Of a stretch of DNA of 64,000 nt, positions 62,126-64,000 are shown one piece after another (the stretch's first letter is position 1; each line of letters begins with the position of its first letter). The DNA comes from Thermodesulfobacteriota bacterium (GTDB lineage Bacteria > Desulfobacterota_D > UBA1144 > Nemesobacterales > UBA2774). The position numbers and the translations under genes are program-made. The stretch lies in the NCBI GenBank assembly GCA_963422265.1, contig OY729416.1:1216001-1280000 (forward strand), given 5' to 3'. Below the pieces are notes generated by a model. It did not search any database. It saw only the letters and a list, made by a program, of their open reading frames with translations, and was not told the DNA's origin.

Positions 62126-63676
62126 TTACATCATACCTTGCGACACAACGCGTTTAGGATGCTCTTTGCGCCAGCGAAGTTTATTTAAGGCATTTATATA
62201 GGCTTTCATGCTCGCCACCACTATATCTGTATCAGCCCCCTGACCCTGAGTTATAAAGCCTTCATCCTCGATCCTTACGTTTACCTCGCCCTGAGCGTCA
62301 ATACCCTCCGTTATTGATGATACAATATAGCGTTCAAGAGCGGGATACATGCCTGTCGCCTTTGAAACCGCTTTATAAGCAGCGTCAACGGGACCCCCTC
62401 CAGTCTCGGATACCGCCACCTCTTCTCCATCTATTAGAATCTTTACAGTGGCGACGGGCTGTAAATCAGATCCGCCAGAGTAATTAGCTGACGCAAGCTG
62501 GTAGTATTCTGAGGAGCGAATAAACTCTTCGCTAATTAACGCCTCTATATCTTCGTCAAAAACGTATTTCTTTTTATCTGCCAGATCCTTGAATTTCTTA
62601 AAGGCCTTCTTAAACGGTTCGTCCTCAAGATGATAGCCATATTCCTCAAGACGAGCCCTGAAAGCATGTCTCCCGGAATGTTTTCCGAGCACTATCTTGT
62701 TTGAAGGAATCCCTACTTCCTCGGGACTCATTATCTCATAGGTAATTCTTTCTTTAAGAACGCCGTCCTGATGTATACCGGCTTCGTGAGCAAAGGCGTT
62801 AGCCCCAACAATAGCCTTATTCGGCTGCACTTTTATACCCGTTATATGCGAGACGAGCCTGCTCGTTGGATATATTTGCTCAGTATTTACTCTTGTTTCA
62901 AAGGGATTCTTGTCATGCCTAACCTTGAGACCCATTACTATTTCTTCAAGAGAAGCATTTCCCGCCCTCTCCCCTAATCCATTTATCGTGCATTCAACCT
63001 GCCTTGCCCCTTCATGCACGGCAGCGGTAGAGTTAGCTACGGCGAGACCAAGGTCATTATGACAATGAACGCTAAGCGTAACGTCATCAAGTCCCGGCAC
63101 CCTTTCCTTCAAGTTTTTTATAACGTAGGAAAATTCTTCGGGCACAGTATATCCCACCGTATCAGGAATATTTATAGTAGTAGCCCCGGATCTCACTGCC
63201 ACGTCCACCGCTTTGCATAGGTAGTCAATATCCGTTCTAGTAGCATCTTCGCAAGAAAATTCAACGTTGCACGTATAATGCCTCGCATGCCTCACTGCGT
63301 CACTTATTATTTCCAAAACCTCATCCTTCGATTTTCTGAGCTTGTGCTTTAGATGTATGTCGGAGGTAGCAATAAAGGTATGTATCCTAGGACTCTCAGC
63401 CCCACTTACGGCTTCCCACCCCTTGTCTATGTCATTACGATTAGCCCTGCAAAGCCCGGCGATTTCGCAACCCCTTATAGTATCAGCTATTTGCTTTACA
63501 GCCTGAAAATCACCATCTGAAGAAATTGGAAAACCTGCTTCAATAACATCTACGCCCAATTTTTCGAGCTGGCGTGCAACCCTCAGTTTTTCCTCCACGG
63601 TCATACCGCACCCGGGGGCTTGCTCTCCATCTCTTAAGGTCGTATCAAAGATTTTAACTACATTATTGTCAGACAT
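62126..63676 (-). CDS. leuA: 2-isopropylmalate synthase
   Basis: [47 protein letters not shown]; regulatory domain present. Confidence 0.96.
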   Translation of the reverse strand: MSDNNVVKIFDTTLRDGEQAPGCGMTVEEKLRVARQLEKLGVDVIEAGFPISSDGDFQAVKQIADTIRGCEIAGLCRANRNDIDKGWEAVSGAESPRIHTFIATSDIHLKHKLRKSKDEVLEIISDAVRHARHYTCNVEFSCEDATRTDIDYLCKAVDVAVRSGATTINIPDTVGYTVPEEFSYVIKNLKERVPGLDDVTLSVHCHNDLGLAVANSTAAVHEGARQVECTINGLGERAGNASLEEIVMGLKVRHDKNPFETRVNTEQIYPTSRLVSHITGIKVQPNKAIVGANAFAHEAGIHQDGVLKERITYEIMSPEEVGIPSNKIVLGKHSGRHAFRARLEEYGYHLEDEPFKKAFKKFKDLADKKKYVFDEDIEALISEEFIRSSEYYQLASANYSGGSDLQPVATVKILIDGEEVAVSETGGGPVDAAYKAVSKATGMYPALERYIVSSITEGIDAQGEVNVRIEDEGFITQGQGADTDIVVASMKAYINALNKLRWRKEHPKRVVSQGMM

Positions 63677-63844
63677 AACTCTTTACCCCTGCCTGAAATC
63701 GGAAGGATAGTCTAAGGCCAGGTTTAAGTTTTGTCAATTATTTACGGGATATTAGAAACCCAAGCTCGGACTTAGTTTCACAAACCGGCAAGTAAATCAA
63801 TAAAGACTGTTTTAATCTTAAATTTCTTCTTCGGAGCATAACAA

Positions 63845-64000
63845 TCACGGCTTGCCTTTCACCAAACTATATATAAAAAGTAATACGACAGAGCCTACTA
63901 AAGCAAATATGAAACTTCTGAAATCAAAGCCCATTTGTATTGCTTGACCAACAGCTAGAATCTTTGAAATTTGACCACCTACAATGGCACCAACTATGCC
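63845..64000 (-). CDS. GlsB/YeaQ/YmgE (transglycosylase-associated) membrane protein, 5'-partial
   Basis: Hand translation GIVGAIVGGQISKILAVG...FIFALVGSVVLLFIYSLVKGKP*. Confidence 0.8.
   Translation of the reverse strand, partial: GIVGAIVGGQISKILAVGQAIQMGFDFRSFIFALVGSVVLLFIYSLVKGKP

Noticed and set aside
61989-62201. 70-aa ORF (MPLFIKLLVEMRGIEPPTS...)
   Set aside because: It is the antisense reading of tRNA-Ala.
1341-63220. Numerous 60-160 aa ORFs antisense to or nested in core genes (e.g. 5934-6266, 12852-13316, 33888-34331, 40392-40862, 49915-50319, 60331-60810)
   Set aside because: Shadow ORFs of well-supported genes with no recognisable motifs.
1-64000. CRISPR array, prophage, IS or integrase
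   Set aside because: No regularly spaced repeats, cas, phage or transposase genes seen.

Overview
A mostly core-genome bacterial segment of roughly 40% GC (estimated by eye). Gene content and order suggest a Desulfobacterota-related lineage, possibly Ca. Dadabacteria; this is an unverified inference. Core genes include ispH/D/F, ftsK-lolA, a stand-alone nuoABCD block, tmk-holB-metG, ilvD, queA, argG/argH, dapL, purB, gshA, tilS, ihfA-pheT, bolA-grxD, pyrF, comEC, leuA and tRNA-Ala(CGC). Three accessory elements stand out. (1) A defence islet after metG (15.0-18.5 kb) holds an HTH-Panacea(DUF4065)/RelE-like toxin-antitoxin pair, a TdeIII-like endonuclease with a DPPY methyltransferase, and remnants of a type ISP R-M gene and a HEPN-like gene. 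(2) A putative phosphate-starvation membrane-lipid remodelling regulon (23.5-27.9 kb and 60.2-61.0 kb) comprises PAP2-like, two glycosyltransferases, PhoU-like, OlsB-like and PmtA/OlsG-like genes. Five of its promoters carry TT(A/C)A(C/T)-like repeats with an exact 11-bp period, resembling PHO boxes, and three of its genes are frameshifted. (3) A decayed methyltransferase plus AAA-ATPase remnant lies upstream of pheT. No CRISPR array, rRNA, integrase or transposase was seen. All family calls come from motif recognition, not database searches.
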